From Alphaproteobacteria bacterium (GTDB lineage Bacteria; Pseudomonadota; Alphaproteobacteria; UBA828): DNA of 64,000 nt. Shown here in pieces: positions 52,882 through 64,000 of the stretch. Both the position numbers and the translations under genes were made by a program. Location: assembly GCA_965214705.1 (NCBI GenBank), contig OZ243972.1, forward strand, positions 3,264,001 to 3,328,000. The letters are read 5' to 3'. The notes beneath the pieces were generated by a model. The model was not told the DNA's origin. It saw only the letters and a program-made list of their open reading frames with translations, and made no database searches. The number at the start of each line of letters is the position of its first letter. Position 1 is the first letter of the stretch.

Positions 52882-54237
52882 TCAGTCCCCGGCCGGGCCG
52901 GACTTGCGCCGCTCGCGCCGCCGCGCTGCCGCGCCCTCGCGCTGGCGCTGCTCGCCCCTGGCGACGGCGATCGCGTCCGCCTCCACGTCCTCGGTGATCA
53001 CGCTGCCCGCGCCGACCACCGCGCCGGGGCCGACGGTCACCGGCGCCACCAGCGCGGTGTTGGAGCCGATGAACGCGCCCTCGCCGATCTCCGTCCGCGA
53101 TTTTTGGTAGCCGTCGTAGTTGCAGGTGATGGTGCCGGCGCCGATGTTGGCGCCCGCGCCGACGCCCGCGTCGCCGACGTAGCTCAGGTGGTTGATCTTG
53201 GCGCCTTCCGCGACCGTGCTGCTCTTCACCTCGACGAAGTTGCCGACGCGCGCGCCCTCGCCGATGTCGCTGCCGGGCCGCAGCCGCGCGAACGGGCCGA
53301 TCGTGGCACCCTTCCGCACGCGAACGCCTTCCAGGTGGCTGAAGGGCCTGATTTCGACCCCGTCCTCGATCGTCACGCCGGGTCCGATGGCGACGTTCGG
53401 CCCAATGGTGACATCGGTGCCCAGGCGCGTGTCGCAGCAGAGCCAGACCGTGGCCGGCTCGGTAAGCGTGGCACCTCCCTCCATGGCGGCCCGGCGCAGC
53501 CGGTCCTGAACCACGCGTTCGGCGTCGGCCAGCTGTACGCGGTCGTTGATGCCCATGACCTCTTCGGTCGGCGCCTCGGCGACCGCGCACCGGCCGCCCT
53601 CCGCCGAGACGATGGCGGGGAGGTCGGTCAGGTAGTACTCGCCCTTGGCGTTGTCGTTGCCGATGGCGTCGAGCAGGGGGAAGAGCCGGCGCCCGTCCAC
53701 CGCCATCATGCCGGCATTGCAGAGCGTGACCGCGCGCTCGTCCCCGCTGGCCTCGGCATATTCCACGATGCGGGCGAGCGAGCCGTCGGGCGCCAGAATC
53801 AGCCGGCCGTACTCGGCCGGGTTCTCCGGGCGAAAGCCCAGCACCGCGGCGGCCACGCCATCGCCCGCCCGCCGCGCCTCGACGAGCCGGGCCAGGGTCC
53901 CGCTGCGCACCAGCGGCGTGTCCGCATAGAGCACCAGCACGTTGCCCTCGAAATCCTGCAACAACGGGCGGGTCTGGGCCACCGCATGCGCCGTGCCGAG
54001 CGGCTCGTCCTGCACCACGCAGGAAACCGCGCCGCCAACGCCCTCCAGGCCGGAAGCCGCAGCCTCGAGCTCCGGCCCGATCACCAGCACCGTGCGTTCC
54101 GGTGCAAGCGAACCGGCGATGGCCAGCGCGTGCTCTACCATCGGCCGCCCGGCCAAGGGATGCAGGACCTTGGGCAGGGCCGAGCGCATGCGCGTGCCCT
54201 TGCCCGCCGCGAGCAGCACACAGGCAAGCCCGCTCAC
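52882..54237 (-). CDS. glmU: Bifunctional UDP-GlcNAc pyrophosphorylase/acetyltransferase
   Basis: LAAGKGTRMRS..PKVLH, GTAHAV, EYYLTD, GNFVEVK, HLSYVGDA and CNYDG motifs. Confidence 0.98.
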   Translation of the reverse strand: MSGLACVLLAAGKGTRMRSALPKVLHPLAGRPMVEHALAIAGSLAPERTVLVIGPELEAAASGLEGVGGAVSCVVQDEPLGTAHAVAQTRPLLQDFEGNVLVLYADTPLVRSGTLARLVEARRAGDGVAAAVLGFRPENPAEYGRLILAPDGSLARIVEYAEASGDERAVTLCNAGMMAVDGRRLFPLLDAIGNDNAKGEYYLTDLPAIVSAEGGRCAVAEAPTEEVMGINDRVQLADAERVVQDRLRRAAMEGGATLTEPATVWLCCDTRLGTDVTIGPNVAIGPGVTIEDGVEIRPFSHLEGVRVRKGATIGPFARLRPGSDIGEGARVGNFVEVKSSTVAEGAKINHLSYVGDAGVGAGANIGAGTITCNYDGYQKSRTEIGEGAFIGSNTALVAPVTVGPGAVVGAGSVITEDVEADAIAVARGEQRQREGAAARRRERRKSGPAGD

Positions 54238-54441
54238 CCACGCCTCCGCTGTGGGGTGCGCGCCCGCTGGCGACGTGTGCGATGGGAGACCGCTTGGCTC
54301 ACGCCCGATGTCTCATTGGTTCAGGGATATCCAGCGCCGGATCGGTGGGGCCGTGCGACTCCGACCATCATACCATGCCCGCCCGCGCCGCGGCCTCGCG
54401 CCGCCTTGTCAACATGGGCGGGTTCCCGCACCATCCGCGCG

Positions 54442-55122
54442 ATGCGTGAGCATGTGGACGCGGTTCTCGTCGACTTCGACGGGACGCTTGTCGATTCCGC
54501 GCCCGATCTCATCGCGGCGCTCAACCGGCTGTTGACGGAACTGGGCCACGCGCCGGTCGTGTTCGAGCGCTTCCGCCAGCGCGCGGGCCAGGGCGCCAAG
54601 CGCCTCCTCCTCGCGGCGTTCGACTCCCAGGGCGCGACGCGGCCCGACGATGCCACGCTCCGGACCCTGATCGAGCGGCTCATCGCCTACTACTTCGAGA
54701 TCGAGACCGAGCGGGCGCAGCTCTTCCCCTCCGTGGCGGCCACCATCGAGCGGCTCCACGACGCCGACATCGCGCTCGCCGTCTGCACCAACAGGGGTGA
54801 GCGCTCGACGCGGCGCCTGCTCGCCCACTTCGAGATCGACCGCCATATCGAGGCGGTGCTCGCCGGCGACATGGTCGCCAGGATCAAGCCCGATCCCGGC
54901 CACGTTCAGGAGGCGCTGACGGCCCTCGGCACCCGGCCGGAGCGCGCGGTCATGGTGGGCGACAGCGCCGCCGACGTGGATTCTGCGCAAGGCGCGGGCG
55001 TCGCGGCGATCGTCACGGCCTACGGATACAGCCCGATCCCGCCGCATGACCTGGGGGCCGATGCCGTGATCGACGACTTCGCCGAGCTGCCGGCCGCGAT
55101 CGAGCGTCTCTTCCGAGGGTAG
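54442..55122 (+). CDS. gph: HAD-superfamily phosphatase (phosphoglycolate phosphatase-like)
   Basis: DFDGTLVDSAPD, VCTN, KPDP and MVGDS..D motifs; divergent from glmU. Confidence 0.82.
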   Translation: MREHVDAVLVDFDGTLVDSAPDLIAALNRLLTELGHAPVVFERFRQRAGQGAKRLLLAAFDSQGATRPDDATLRTLIERLIAYYFEIETERAQLFPSVAATIERLHDADIALAVCTNRGERSTRRLLAHFEIDRHIEAVLAGDMVARIKPDPGHVQEALTALGTRPERAVMVGDSAADVDSAQGAGVAAIVTAYGYSPIPPHDLGADAVIDDFAELPAAIERLFRG

Positions 55123-55130
55123 CCCGCCCG

Positions 55131-56111
55131 ATGACGATCCTCGTGACCGGGGCCGCCGGCTTCATCGGCTTCCACGTCTGCAAAGCGCTGCTCGCGCGCG
55201 GCGAGCGCGTCCTCGGCGTGGACAATCTGAACGCCTACTACGACGTGCGCCTCAAGCAGGCCCGGCTCGCCCTGCTGCAAGCACACGCGGGCTTCGCCTT
55301 CGCCCGCGCCGACATCGCCGACCGCGAGGCGATGGCCGCGGCGGTCGCGCAGGAGCGCGGCGCGATCACCGGGGTGGTCCACCTGGCGGCCCAGGCCGGG
55401 GTGCGCCATTCCCTGGTCGACCCTTACGCCTACGTGCAGGCCAACGTGATGGGCCAGGTGGTGCTGCTGGAGCTCTGCCGCGAACTGCCCGCGCTGGAGC
55501 ACATCGTCTACGCCAGCTCCAGCTCGGTCTACGGCGGCGTTGCCGAGGCGCCGTTCTCGACCGAGGCCCGCGTCGATTCCCCGGTCTCCCTCTATGCGGC
55601 GACCAAGACGGCCGGCGAGCTGATCGGCCACGTCTACGGGCATCTCCATGCCGTGCCCGCCACCGGGCTCCGCTTCTTCACGGTCTACGGCCCCTGGGGG
55701 CGGCCCGACATGGCCTATTTCCTGTTCACCCGGTCGATCCTGGAGAGCCGGCCGATCACACTCTTCAACCACGGCCGCATGAAGCGCGACTTCACCTATA
55801 TCGACGACGTGGTGCCGGCGGTCTTGCGCGTTCTCGACGCACCGCCGTCAGGCGACGGCGCCGCGCCCCACCGCCTCTACAACGTCGGCAACAACCGGTC
55901 CGAGGCCCTGACCGACTTCGTCGCCGAGCTTGAGCGGGCGCTCGGTCGCAAGGCGGTGGTCGAGCACGCGCCGATGCAGCCCGGCGACGTGGAGGAGACC
56001 TGGGCGGATATCGCGGCGCTGCAGCGCGACCACGGCTACGCGCCGAAGACCACCATCGCCGAGGGCATCCCCCGCTTCGTCGCCTGGTACCGCGAGCACT
56101 ACGGCGTCTAA
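55131..56111 (+). CDS. NAD-dependent epimerase (UDP-glucuronate 4-epimerase-like)
   Basis: TGAAGFIG, HLAAQAGVR, YASSSSVYG, YAATK, LRFFTVYGPWGRPDMA and RDFTYIDD motifs. Confidence 0.93.
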   Translation: MTILVTGAAGFIGFHVCKALLARGERVLGVDNLNAYYDVRLKQARLALLQAHAGFAFARADIADREAMAAAVAQERGAITGVVHLAAQAGVRHSLVDPYAYVQANVMGQVVLLELCRELPALEHIVYASSSSVYGGVAEAPFSTEARVDSPVSLYAATKTAGELIGHVYGHLHAVPATGLRFFTVYGPWGRPDMAYFLFTRSILESRPITLFNHGRMKRDFTYIDDVVPAVLRVLDAPPSGDGAAPHRLYNVGNNRSEALTDFVAELERALGRKAVVEHAPMQPGDVEETWADIAALQRDHGYAPKTTIAEGIPRFVAWYREHYGV

Positions 56112-56126
56112 GCGGGCTCGCCCCGC

Positions 56127-57194
56127 TCAACCTTTGCCAGACGCTTTTCCCCAGCCCAGCTCGGCAAGTGCGCGGGCGCGGTCGCCGTATTCGTGCGCGT
56201 TGGGCGCGCTCGCGTTGCCCTTGAGGCCGCGCGCGTAGACTCCCTGGCAGATCGCCGCCATGCGGAAGAAGGCGAAGGCCATGTAGAAGCGCCACTCGGC
56301 GATCGGACCGCGCCCCGCGCGCTCGCAATAGGCGTCCCGGTAGGCCTCTTCCGCCGGCAGCCCCAGCGCCTCGAAGTCGGCGCCGCCGAGCCCCGGCAGC
56401 GCGGACGCGCCCCGGGGGATCGAAAAGGCCAGGCAGTTGTGGGCGAGGTCGCTCAGCGGGTGGCCCAGGGTGCTCAGCTCCCAGTCCAGCACCGCGGCGA
56501 CGCGGGGCTCGTCCGGGTGCACGATCAGATTGCCGGGCCGGTAATCGCCGTGGACGATGGTGGTCTCGTCGTCGTCGGGGATGTGGTCGGGGAGCCAGGC
56601 CAGCAGGCGGTCCATTTCCGGGATCTCGTCGGTGCGCGAAGCCTCGTACTGCCCGGACCAGCGCCGGATCTGGCGGGCGATGTAGTTGCCCTCCTTGCCG
56701 AAGTCGGCGAGGCCCAGCCCCCGCCAATCCGCGCCATGCAGCCGTGCCAGAACGTCGGCCATTGAGTCGTAGGCCGCCCCGCGCTGGTCGGTGCTAAGCG
56801 CAGGCCAGGCCGGGTCCTGGTCCACCGAGCCCTCCACATGGTCCATCACGTAGAAGGCCGTGCCAATGATCTCGGGATCCTCGCAGAGGTGGTGGACCTT
56901 CGGCACGGGCACGTCGGTCTCGGCCAGCGCCGCGAGGATGCGGTACTCGCGCTCCACCAGATGGGCCGAGGGCAGCAGCGTGCCGGGCGGCTTCTTGCGC
57001 AGCACGAAGCGCCGCTCCGGCCCTTCGATCAGATAGGTGGGGTTCGACTGCCCCGCCGCGAACTGGCTGATGGCCCGGATCGGCACGGCCTCCGGCACGT
57101 GCCCGCCCAGATGGCGCTCGAGCGCCGCCTGGTCGATGCGGTGCGCCGCGCGCACAGGCGTGGTCGCCGTCCCTGAAGCCGCTACCTGGGCCAT
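56127..57194 (-). CDS. Phosphotransferase family protein (APH / ACAD10-11 N-terminal type)
   Basis: GQSNPTY, LRKKPPG.LLPSAH.VERE, HGDYRPGN and LDWELSTLGHP motifs. Confidence 0.92.
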   Translation of the reverse strand: MAQVAASGTATTPVRAAHRIDQAALERHLGGHVPEAVPIRAISQFAAGQSNPTYLIEGPERRFVLRKKPPGTLLPSAHLVEREYRILAALAETDVPVPKVHHLCEDPEIIGTAFYVMDHVEGSVDQDPAWPALSTDQRGAAYDSMADVLARLHGADWRGLGLADFGKEGNYIARQIRRWSGQYEASRTDEIPEMDRLLAWLPDHIPDDDETTIVHGDYRPGNLIVHPDEPRVAAVLDWELSTLGHPLSDLAHNCLAFSIPRGASALPGLGGADFEALGLPAEEAYRDAYCERAGRGPIAEWRFYMAFAFFRMAAICQGVYARGLKGNASAPNAHEYGDRARALAELGWGKASGKG

Positions 57195-57320
57195 AAGTCA
57201 GCCTGACCGTTCCCAAACCCTCTTTCCTGCCCACCATTCTAGGGAGCGGCCCTCGAAGCGGCCAGAGTCGACTCCCTCATCCGGCCCCCGCTATCATCGC
57301 CGCCAAGCGGGGAGGGGCGT

Positions 57321-59192
57321 ATGGAGGCAGTGGTCGAGCGCGGCGGGGCGGAAGGCGCAGCCAGCACAGCCGCCGGGGCCAACGACGCGGGCGGGGGCGA
57401 TCCCTTCGGCTTCGAGCTCTTCCGCAACGCCATCTTCGCCATCGCGGACGAGATGGCGCTCACCGTCTGCCGCACCACCTATTCCGGCGTGCTGCGCGAC
57501 AACATGGATTTCTCCACCGCGCTTACCGACGGCGACGGCCGCCTGATCGCGCAGGGGCTCACCCTGCCGGGCCATCTCGGCTCGGTGCCCACCGCCATCC
57601 AATCGGTGCTGCGCCACTACGGCGACGACATGCACCCCGGCGACATCTTCGTGATGAACGACCCGTTCGACGGCGGCATGCACCTGCCCGACATCTTCAT
57701 CTTCAAGCCGATCTTCGACGGGGACGAGCGCCTCGCCTTCGCCGCCACGGTCTGCCACCACGCCGATGTCGGCGGCCGGGTCGCGGGCTCCAATGCCTCG
57801 GATTCCACCGAGATCTACGCGGAAGGCGTGCGCATCCCGCCGCTCCGCCTCTACGACGCCGGCAAGCGCAACGAGACCCTCTTCGCGATCCTCGAGAAGA
57901 ACGTGCGCCTGCCGGTCAAGCTCTTCGGCGACCTGCGTGCCCAGCTTGCCGCCTGCCACATCGCCGAGCGCCAGTTCCTCGACCTGGTGCGCCAGCACGG
58001 CGCCGAGGCCACGCGCTTCTACCTGCGCGAGATCATCGACTATGCCGAGCGGCTGACGCGCGCGGCGCTCCGCGAGCTGCCCGACGGCGAGGCGAGCTTC
58101 GAGGACTGGATCGACGACGACGGCATCGACCGCGGCAAGCCGATCAGGCTGTTCGTGACCTTCCGCAAGGAGGGCGACAGCCTCCACGCCGACTGGGCGG
58201 GGTCCTCGCCGCAGGTCAAGGGCGCGATCAACGGCACGCTGTCGTGGACCAAGGCTGCGACCTACACGGCGGTGCGCTCGGTCCTGCCGCCGGGCATCCC
58301 GGACAACGAGGGCGTCTTCCGCGCCATCACCGTCACCGCGCCGCCCGGCACCATCACCAACGCGGTGCTGCCGGCGGCGTGCGCGGCGCGCGGGCTCACC
58401 GGCTTCCGCATGGTGGACTGCGCCTTCGGCGCGCTCGCCATGCTGCTGCCGGACAAGGTTTTCGCGGCCTCCGACGGCGGCAACACGGGCATCACCATCG
58501 GCGGCTACGACGCCGAGCGTAAGCCCTTCATCTACGTCGATTTCACCTGCGGCACCTGGGGCGCCAGGCCCTGGGCCGACGGCCTCGAAGGCAACTCCAA
58601 CATCCTCGCCAACATGGCGTCGCAGTCGGTGGAGGTGATCGAGACCGAACAGCCGCTGCAGATCCTCTCCTACGAGTTCGTGCCCGACCGCGCCGGCGCC
58701 GGCCGCTACCGGGGCGGCACGCCCTACCGCCGCGACTATCGCTTCCTGGAGGCAGAAGGCCTGCTCCAGGTGCGGGCCGACCGGCACACCTTCAGGCCCT
58801 ACGGGCTCTATGGCGGGAGCCCCGGCCAGCCCTCGCGCAACGTGCTGAACCCGGGGCCGGACGAGCAGCCGCTGCCGAGCAAGCTCACCGAGACCATCCT
58901 GCGCGGCGACGTCTTCCGCCACGAACTCGCGGGCGCGGGCGGCTGGGGCGACCCGCTGGAGCGCGCCCCGCACGCCGTGCTGCGCGACCTCCGCAACGAG
59001 CTGATCGGCGATGCCACCGCGCGCAACGACTATGGCGTGATTGTCGACCGGGGCGCGTGGCAGGTCGATCACGCCGCGACCGACGCGCGCCGGGCGGCGC
59101 TGCGGGCCGCGCGGGGGTGGACTGCGCTACCCGCCGTCTCGCGCGGCGAGATGCCCGAGACGGGGAGCGGCGCGCCCGAGAGCGGGGCGTGA
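57321..59192 (+). CDS. Hydantoinase B/oxoprolinase subunit B
   Basis: DPFGFELFRN, DFSTA, NDPFDGGMHLPD, HHADVGG, GAGRYRGG and GAGGWGDPLER motifs. Confidence 0.93.
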   Translation: MEAVVERGGAEGAASTAAGANDAGGGDPFGFELFRNAIFAIADEMALTVCRTTYSGVLRDNMDFSTALTDGDGRLIAQGLTLPGHLGSVPTAIQSVLRHYGDDMHPGDIFVMNDPFDGGMHLPDIFIFKPIFDGDERLAFAATVCHHADVGGRVAGSNASDSTEIYAEGVRIPPLRLYDAGKRNETLFAILEKNVRLPVKLFGDLRAQLAACHIAERQFLDLVRQHGAEATRFYLREIIDYAERLTRAALRELPDGEASFEDWIDDDGIDRGKPIRLFVTFRKEGDSLHADWAGSSPQVKGAINGTLSWTKAATYTAVRSVLPPGIPDNEGVFRAITVTAPPGTITNAVLPAACAARGLTGFRMVDCAFGALAMLLPDKVFAASDGGNTGITIGGYDAERKPFIYVDFTCGTWGARPWADGLEGNSNILANMASQSVEVIETEQPLQILSYEFVPDRAGAGRYRGGTPYRRDYRFLEAEGLLQVRADRHTFRPYGLYGGSPGQPSRNVLNPGPDEQPLPSKLTETILRGDVFRHELAGAGGWGDPLERAPHAVLRDLRNELIGDATARNDYGVIVDRGAWQVDHAATDARRAALRAARGWTALPAVSRGEMPETGSGAPESGA

Positions 59193-61273
59193 GCGGCTGG
59201 CGCATCGGAGTCGATATCGGCGGCACCTTCACCGATATCGTTCTCCTCGGCGCGGACGGCACCGTCGCCACCCGCAAGATCTCCTCCAGCGTCGACGACT
59301 ATGCCCGCGCCATCATGGAGGGGATCGCTTCCCTCGTCGCCGAGCACGCCATCGACGGCGCCGAGATCGCCGAGATCACGCACGGCACCACCGTCGCCAG
59401 CAACGCGCTGCTGGAGCGCAAGGGCGCGCGTACCGGCCTGATCGGCACGAAGGGTTTTCGGGACATCCTGGAGATCCGCAATCTCAGGATGCCCCGGCTC
59501 TACGACCTCGCGTGGGAGAAGCCGCCGCCCCTGGTCGAGCGCTACCTGCGCGCCGTGGTGGACGAGCGCATCGACGCCCGCGGCAACGTGCAGACGGCCC
59601 TCGATGCCGACGAGGCGCGCGCCGTGGTCGACCGGCTGCTTGCAGAGGGGGTGGAGGCGATCGCCGTCTGCCTCATCAACGCCTTCAACAATCCGGTGCA
59701 CGAGCGGGCGCTGGAGGCCATCGTGCGCGAAAAGGCGCCGGGCTGCACCGTCTGCATCAGCTACGACGTCCTGCCCGAGATCAAGGAGTACGAACGCACC
59801 TCCACCACGGTGATCAACACCTACATCAGCCCGATCGTGCGCACCTATCTGGAGCGGCTGCGCCAGGCGATCCTGGAGCGCTGCCCCAAGGCCCACCTGC
59901 TCATCATGCAGTCCAACGGCGGGTTGACCTCGGCGGACGAGGCGGCGCGGCGCCCGGTCAACATCGTGGAATCCGGGCCGGCCGGCGGGGTGGTGGGCGC
60001 GCTCGCCATGGCCGGCGACATCGGCCAGGACGATCTCGTCACCTTCGATATGGGCGGCACCACGGCCAAGGCGGCGCTGATCGAGGGCGGCGTCATCAGC
60101 CGCTCCGCCGAGTTCCAGGTGGGGGGTGGCATCCTCACCGGCTCCCGGCTCTTGACCGGCGCCGGCTACCTGGTGCGGATGCCCGCCATTGACCTCGCCG
60201 AGGTGGGCGCGGGCGGCGGCTCGCTCATCGCCATCGACGCCGGCGGTTCCATGCAGGTGGGGCCCGAGAGCGCGGGCGCCGAGCCCGGCCCCGTGTGCTA
60301 CGACCAGGGCGGAACCGCGCCCACCATCACCGACGCCAACGTCGCGCTCGGCTACCTCAATCCGGACTACCTCGTGGGCGGGGCGCTCCCCATCGACGCT
60401 GCCAAGGCGATCGCTGCCCTGCGCACGCAGATCGCCGAGCCGCTCGGCGTCTCGGTGGAGGAGGCGGCCTACGGCGCGCACCGGATCGTGGCCTCCAACA
60501 TGATCCGCGCCATCCGCGCGGTCTCGACCGAGCGCGGGCGCGACCCACGCGGCTACACGCTGGTCGCTTTCGGCGGCAACGGGCCGGTGTTCGGCGCCGC
60601 GATGGCGCAGGCCCTCGATATCCGGCGGGTGGTCGTGCCGCAGGCACCGGGTCTCTTCTCCTCGTTCGGGTTGCTCACGGCGGATGTGGAGCACCACCTC
60701 TCGCGCACCTTCCGGGAGCTTCTGCGGGGCATCGACAAGGCGGCGCTCAACGAGCGCTGGGACGCGCTCGCGGAAGACGCGCGGCAGAGGCTCGCCGCCG
60801 ACGGCTACGGCGGGGAGGCCGGCCAGATCGAGCGTCACGCGAGCCTGCACTACCAGGGGCAGACCTACGAGCTCACCGTGCCGGTGCCCGACGGCCCGCT
60901 CGACGATGCCGCGCTGGCTGCGCTGGAAGAGGCCTTCCACGCGGAGCACGAGCTCACCTACGGCCACCGCGCGGGGTCGGAGGAGCCGGTGGAGCTGGTG
61001 ACGCTACGCGTGCTGGGCCGGGGCCGCAGGCCCACGGCGCCGCCGCCCCGCATCGAGCATGGGGCAGGGGCGGCGCAGGAAACCGCCGCGCGGCGCGCCT
61101 ATTTCGGCCCGGAGCACGGCTGGCGCGAGGCCGCCGTGATCGGCCGTGCCGACCTTGCGGAGCGCCGCGAGGGGCCGCTGATCGTCGAGGAGTACGACGC
61201 CACCTGCGTCGTGCCGCCCGGCGTCTCCGCCGCGCTCAACGACGCCGGCTGTATCGTCCTCGAGGTGGGCTAG
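59189..61273 (+). CDS. Hydantoinase/oxoprolinase subunit A
   Basis: GVDIGGTFTD, HGTTVASNA, EYERTSTT, ESGPAGG, DMGGTT and GAGGGS motifs; GTGA overlap with subunit B. Confidence 0.93.
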   Translation: MSGWRIGVDIGGTFTDIVLLGADGTVATRKISSSVDDYARAIMEGIASLVAEHAIDGAEIAEITHGTTVASNALLERKGARTGLIGTKGFRDILEIRNLRMPRLYDLAWEKPPPLVERYLRAVVDERIDARGNVQTALDADEARAVVDRLLAEGVEAIAVCLINAFNNPVHERALEAIVREKAPGCTVCISYDVLPEIKEYERTSTTVINTYISPIVRTYLERLRQAILERCPKAHLLIMQSNGGLTSADEAARRPVNIVESGPAGGVVGALAMAGDIGQDDLVTFDMGGTTAKAALIEGGVISRSAEFQVGGGILTGSRLLTGAGYLVRMPAIDLAEVGAGGGSLIAIDAGGSMQVGPESAGAEPGPVCYDQGGTAPTITDANVALGYLNPDYLVGGALPIDAAKAIAALRTQIAEPLGVSVEEAAYGAHRIVASNMIRAIRAVSTERGRDPRGYTLVAFGGNGPVFGAAMAQALDIRRVVVPQAPGLFSSFGLLTADVEHHLSRTFRELLRGIDKAALNERWDALAEDARQRLAADGYGGEAGQIERHASLHYQGQTYELTVPVPDGPLDDAALAALEEAFHAEHELTYGHRAGSEEPVELVTLRVLGRGRRPTAPPPRIEHGAGAAQETAARRAYFGPEHGWREAAVIGRADLAERREGPLIVEEYDATCVVPPGVSAALNDAGCIVLEVG

Positions 61274-61284
61274 AGCGCGTCCGC

Positions 61285-63320
<2,036 letters not shown>

Positions 63321-63408
63321 CCGGGCGGGCGTCAGCCTGCGCCCCACCGATTTAGGCCAGCACTGCTGTCTTGACAGGCGTGGGCGGCGGGGTTGATGTC
63401 GTGGCGCC

Positions 63409-63744
63409 ATGGCCGAGCGATTCGCCCGCGTTCGCTACCGGACCATCATCGTGCTGCTCACCTGCGCGCTGGGCCTGCTCTATGTCGGCTACCAGAGCGT
63501 GCAGGGCGAGCGCGGGCTGCTCCGGTGGGTCGAGCGCTCCGCCGAGGTGGAGCGGACCCGCGCCGAGGTGGGCGCGCTTGCCGAGGAGCGGCGCAAGCTG
63601 GAGCACCGTGTCTCCCATCTTCGGAGCGACAACCTGGACCTCGATCTGCTGGATCAGGAGGCCCGCCGGATGCTCAACCTCGGCCACCCGGACGAGGAGA
63701 TCATCTTCCACGACCGCCCGTCGGGCTCCGGCACGAACGAGTAA
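63409..63744 (+). CDS. ftsB: Septum formation initiator FtsB/DivIC
   Basis: One TM helix, G.RGL, coiled coil and LDLDLLDQEARRML; conserved position after eno. Confidence 0.88.
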   Translation: MAERFARVRYRTIIVLLTCALGLLYVGYQSVQGERGLLRWVERSAEVERTRAEVGALAEERRKLEHRVSHLRSDNLDLDLLDQEARRMLNLGHPDEEIIFHDRPSGSGTNE

Positions 63745-63746
63745 GC

Positions 63747-63888
63747 GCATTTTCTCGCTCACGGCAGCCGGCCTGCGGCCGGCGCCTCCGCGTCGCGCGT
63801 CCACGCGCGCAGGCGCGCGATGGCGCCGCATAAGCGGCGGGCCGCGGTCGCGGCCTGTCGCGCGTCCGTCAAAGCCGGACACGCTCTA
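63747..63888 (-). mobile_element. MITE-like palindromic element, TAGAGC family (inverted, lacking the right end)
   Basis: Its reverse complement matches 49690-49830 almost base for base. Confidence 0.88.
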
Positions 63889-64000
63889 GCGTCGAGCGGC
63901 CAAATCCCTTGTCATGGCAAGTAACTGTTGCCTTCCCCTTGTCAGCCGACCCCGATTGACCTAGCGTGCCTTGACGTTCCGCGCCAGCCGATTACGTGAT

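Overview
GC-rich (roughly 70% by eye) bacterial chromosome segment. Gene content and order (mnmA, rnd, acnA-ccmABC, corC-aroB-aroK / xerD, motA/motB-like pair, rpmE, glmU-glmS, eno-ftsB) point to an Alphaproteobacterium, probably Rhodospirillales-like (inference). The housekeeping backbone is interrupted at about 27-49.9 kb by an accessory region. This region holds a LysR-controlled cluster for cyclic amide/amidine catabolism: an atypical CodA/AtzC-type amidohydrolase, two M24-fold enzymes (one creatinase-like), hydantoinase A/B, a BMP-type ABC transporter and DUF1989. It also holds a GNAT gene, two intact divergent IS1634-family elements with target-site duplications, two small secreted orphan genes, and several REP/MITE families. 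The most unusual signal is an unannotated dispersed element of about 300 bp, present three times (about 1-182, 27115-27408, 42691-42985). It has a -10-like box, a conserved three-way-junction structure with a compensatory change, a conserved SD-ATG, 10-bp phased repeats and an AT-rich end. Two copies bracket the catabolic cluster in direct orientation. I saw no tRNA, rRNA or CRISPR array. All calls are by eye, with no database searches.
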